64,000 nucleotides of DNA from Mytilus californianus (lineage: Eukaryota). The stretch spans positions 37,510,001 through 37,574,000 of the forward strand of contig NW_026262582.1 in the NCBI RefSeq assembly GCF_021869535.1, given 5' to 3'. Made by a program: the position numbers and the translations under genes. Of this stretch, positions 60,601 to 64,000 are shown piece after piece. The notes beneath the pieces were generated by a model. The model did no database searches. It worked only from the letters and a program-made list of their open reading frames with translations, and was not told the DNA's origin. How positions within the stretch are numbered: position 1 is the stretch's first letter; each line of letters opens with the position of its first letter.

Positions 60601-60937
60601 TTTATTTCCGTATTATGGTACTTTTAATTTGTAACATTATGTTACCGGCACAATTTCCGTTGTTTAATATATATATATTTAATTTTTCAACAATGGATTG
60701 TGCTCAAGTTCAAACTCATTAAAAATGAAAATAAACAGTTGTAAAAAATTTGTGATAAATATTAATGTGACCGTGACTGAGAAAATGGGTCCAGATGAGA
60801 TTTATACATATTTTCACCTTTTTACATTTTTTCAATGTTACTTATATGCTATCCATGAATAAAAATTTTTATGACGGTATCCCAACTGATTTTGAAAATA
60901 CTGCATGCTCATAATCGGCATGCATTTGCGTACATCA

Positions 60938-62110
60938 AAAGTAAAATCACAAAAATACTGAACTCCGAGGAAAATTTAAAACGGAAAGTCCCTAATCAAA
61001 TGGCAAACTCAAAAGCTCAAACACATCAAACGAATGGATAACAACTGTCATACTCCTGACTTGATACAGGCATTTTCTTATGTAGAAAATAGTGGAATAA
61101 ACCTGGTTTCATAGCTAGCTAAATCTTTCATTGTTTGACAGTCGCATCAAATTCCTATATATTGACAACGATGTGCGATCATAACATACCAACCAAATAG
61201 TTAAAAATGTCAAATTTAGGGGAACAGCAGTCAACATTGTGTTATAATCTTAATAACTATAAAAACAAACAAATATGTAACAAAGAAGCACAAAAAAGCA
61301 TATAGACAAAGCACATAAGCAAAAATGAAAGACAAGAATATTTTTTTTTTAACAATAGCACAATAAAACAATGACGTGATGTACAGAACCCGTCATATGT
61401 ATCAAAGAAACTCAAAAAGGCATAAAGACAAAGCACATAAGCAAAAATGAAGGACACGAATATAAAAAATTTCATAGAACAAAAATACAATGACGGGATG
61501 TTAAAGTACAGAGCCACGTCATATGTATCAAAGAAACACAAAAAGGAATATAGATAAAATACATTAGCAAAACTAGAATACAAGATACAAAAATTATCTT
61601 AGAACAATAACACAATGACGGGATGTATAAGTACAGCGTCGCGTCAAATGGACATAACCAAAAACAGGCTAAACAGTAACAGTACTATTCATAAAGACAT
61701 ATCAAAGAATACTAAGACGCGTTGTTAAGATGATAAACAACGTCAGTACCCATAAGCTATACTTCGTGACCATTGTGTATTATTTGTGAAGTTGATACGG
61801 AATATTTACCAACAAGGTCTTGGTACCTTCCGATGAAATTTTTTAAGAAAACAGACGAGTCGTTCTTTGACATACTCCTTCTTCATCGACTTTCTGCTCA
61901 GACACTGGTGACGTTACAAAGTCTAAGTAGGAGCGGCAAGCTCTAAAGTACCGAATAAGTTGGGAATGTATATGCAATATGCAGGTGAAGTTGGTATTTT
62001 GCTACTTAGGTGGGGGCAATTGATACTTTCAAAATTAAAATCGTCTCGTTTGTCATATATTATGGTACTGAGATGACTATGTACATCAAGAAATATATGG
62101 AAACTCAAAC
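60938..62110 (-). mobile_element. Composite PLE-derived element: RT fragment, ~120-bp tandem core, family-B tail
   Basis: ORF 61923..62108 has HLSTIIYDKRDDFNF..NCPHLSSKIPTSPAY; CAATGACG recurs at ~61371, ~61488, ~61613; 60938-61180 matches dispersed family B. Confidence 0.65.
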
Positions 62111-63147
62111 AAAATTCTGACTAATTAGTTTCTTTGTTAATTGGAATGTTGTTAATGTGTTTCACCACAAATAATGTATTATATTTGGTTTCAAAGGAAA
62201 CAAAACAATAAACATTCTTTACGTTGCTACTATGAAATTAAGTGTCCTTTTTGGTTGGTTTTTAATGAGTTGCTTTTCCTTATCGAATGTTTTGAATGTG
62301 TGTTTTGTTTTTACATGTTATATATATATATATATATAAAATGTATCGAAACTTCCAACGGATTTTTTTCCAAACTTAGATGAAATAAAAACTTGAACAT
62401 AGTGCCATTGCTATTGCTATTGAAAAGTCTGTGTTAAGTCCATTTTTTAACAAATAAAATTGTTTCAACTTTGTTGGTGACATTAGCCTTGAGAATTTAA
62501 TATTTTCAAATTAAAAAAAAAAATAGAACAGTAGACACAACAAACTTTAGTATTTTATTTCATAAAAAGCTCTGTTCTTGATTGACATTATTATTTATTG
62601 GATTCTCCTTCATCGGTCAAGTCAATCTCAGTTATATCATTACAATGCAATGGTTGGCTTTGGACAGACTATGTCATTATAAGTTTATGCTTCCAATTTT
62701 AATATAGGACAGGTTTTTCCATATTGCTCCTTGACTAACTGGGAAAAATTACAGCTATTTCTGCTGGACTTGATGACACTACCAATGCTTGGAAATCTTT
62801 AAAAAGAGCGTAAACCTAAACTTTTGTATTTCACTTCTGCGGCATATGTTTCATATATTCTCGATTTTCTTCATTTTTTTGTATAAAAAGATCATCCTGC
62901 ATTAACTCGGATTCACATGTTTTTAAACAGCGCCAGCATCATCGTTTAAAATTACGTTCAGAACGTTCTATCGTTAAAAAGTATAATTCAACCGTAGCTC
63001 CTCAATAAACTCTCATCATATTTAGGTCCGATAGGACTTAAGCAAAATGACATAAATCTAGCTTCGAATTCAGACTTTTTCACTTTGTCAACTTTCGTTT
63101 TCAGTATGGGAGATAACTTATGATAAAACAAGCTAAAATACGGAATC

Positions 63148-63522
63148 AATAAACTCATCCATAGATACCAGGATTTAATTTTGTATTCACGCCAGACGCG
63201 CGTTTCAACTACAAAAGACTCATTAGTGACGCTCGAATAAAAAAAAGTTAAATAGGCCAAATAAAAAACGAAGTTGAAGAGCATTGAGGTCCAAAATTCA
63301 TAAAACATTTTGCCAAATAAAGCTAATATAATCAATTCCTGAGGTAGGAAAACCTTAGTATTTCAAAAATTCAAAAGTTTTCAAAACAGTTAATTCATTA
63401 ATATGACCATATCAATGATAGTTCATGTCAGCACAGAAGTGCTGACTTCTGGACTGGTGATATCCTCGGGGAATTAAAACTCCACCAGCAGTGGCATCGA
63501 CCCAGTGGTTGTAAATAAATTC
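63148..63522 (-). mobile_element. Retrozyme-like monomer with mutated hammerhead (63190-63231)
   Basis: Core reads CUAAUGA and stem II GUC...GUU; the rest aligns to the 41333 copy. Confidence 0.8.
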
Positions 63523-64000
63523 AAATGTTTGCTGCAGACTAGGATATATAAAGACAATTACGAAATACCCACACATGGTTAGCTGTAAATGTGATATAAT
63601 TAGTAAAATAATATTATTTTAGGCAGCTAACAAATATTTTGCAGGTGATCCTCAAATTGCCATAGCCAAAAAAATCATTTTACCGCATCTGAACCCATTT
63701 TGTCAGACGTCGTTATTAAGATTTACATATAACACAATAATGCTGTACATGTTCCATTGAACCCTGTTTGCAATAAAAACATCCGAATGTATCTCTCTAT
63801 CAACAAATATGAACTATACTAAAGATAATATGGAAGATATTTATAAACATATAACAGTAATTGTGCACTGTTTGGACGGTATATCGGCAAAAGACAACCA
63901 AATAGATCACATGAAACCGGAAAAGGATTGATGATTTCATCGTTTCTCTAACTAAACAAGAATATCATAAATATATTTTGAATGCTTTTTGTAGAAAAAA

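Larger units (their letters stand above)
45400..60800. repeat. Segmental duplication unit B; edges approximate
   Basis: As for unit A; differs by lineage-specific TE insertions and deletions. Confidence 0.8.

Noticed and set aside
62590-62870. Possible decayed transposase fragment on the minus strand
   Set aside because: Multiple stops and too little motif similarity to call
62988-63335. ORFs 62988..63335 and 50694..50945 (..VTDESYVDETHVWR..)
   Set aside because: Chance translation of the retrozyme/hammerhead sequence, not proteins

Overview
AT-rich, intron-containing eukaryotic genomic DNA, most likely a bivalve mollusc of the genus Mytilus (inferred from the repeat families and Ig-domain style, not proven). 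The ORF track shows only fragments of the genes, so I assembled them by hand from splice sites, intron phases and paralog comparison. Main content: (1) two complete, frame-intact paralogous minus-strand genes with 9 coding exons each (A: 31477->16938, 375 aa; B: 59527->49544, 359 aa) inside an old tandem segmental duplication. Each encodes signal peptide - single V/I-type Ig domain - Thr/Ser stalk - TM - long tyrosine-rich tail ending in a canonical ITIM (LHYAEV), an ITSM (TIYTGI) and a terminal YEN motif. The Ig domains are about 57% identical, the ITIM/ITSM exons about 88% identical, and the other Tyr motifs have turned over between copies. (2) The 5' part of a third minus-strand gene with a signal peptide and two tandem RQW-type Ig exons, probably running off the left edge. 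(3) A dense mobile-DNA layer: several minimal type I hammerhead ribozymes/retrozymes of three sequence families, one with an intact core in sense orientation in the last intron of receptor B; Penelope-like RT relics; two dead LINEs; Kolobok- and Tc1/mariner-type MITEs; Helentron/HINE-type elements with tandem cores. I saw no rRNA, tRNA or CRISPR array.
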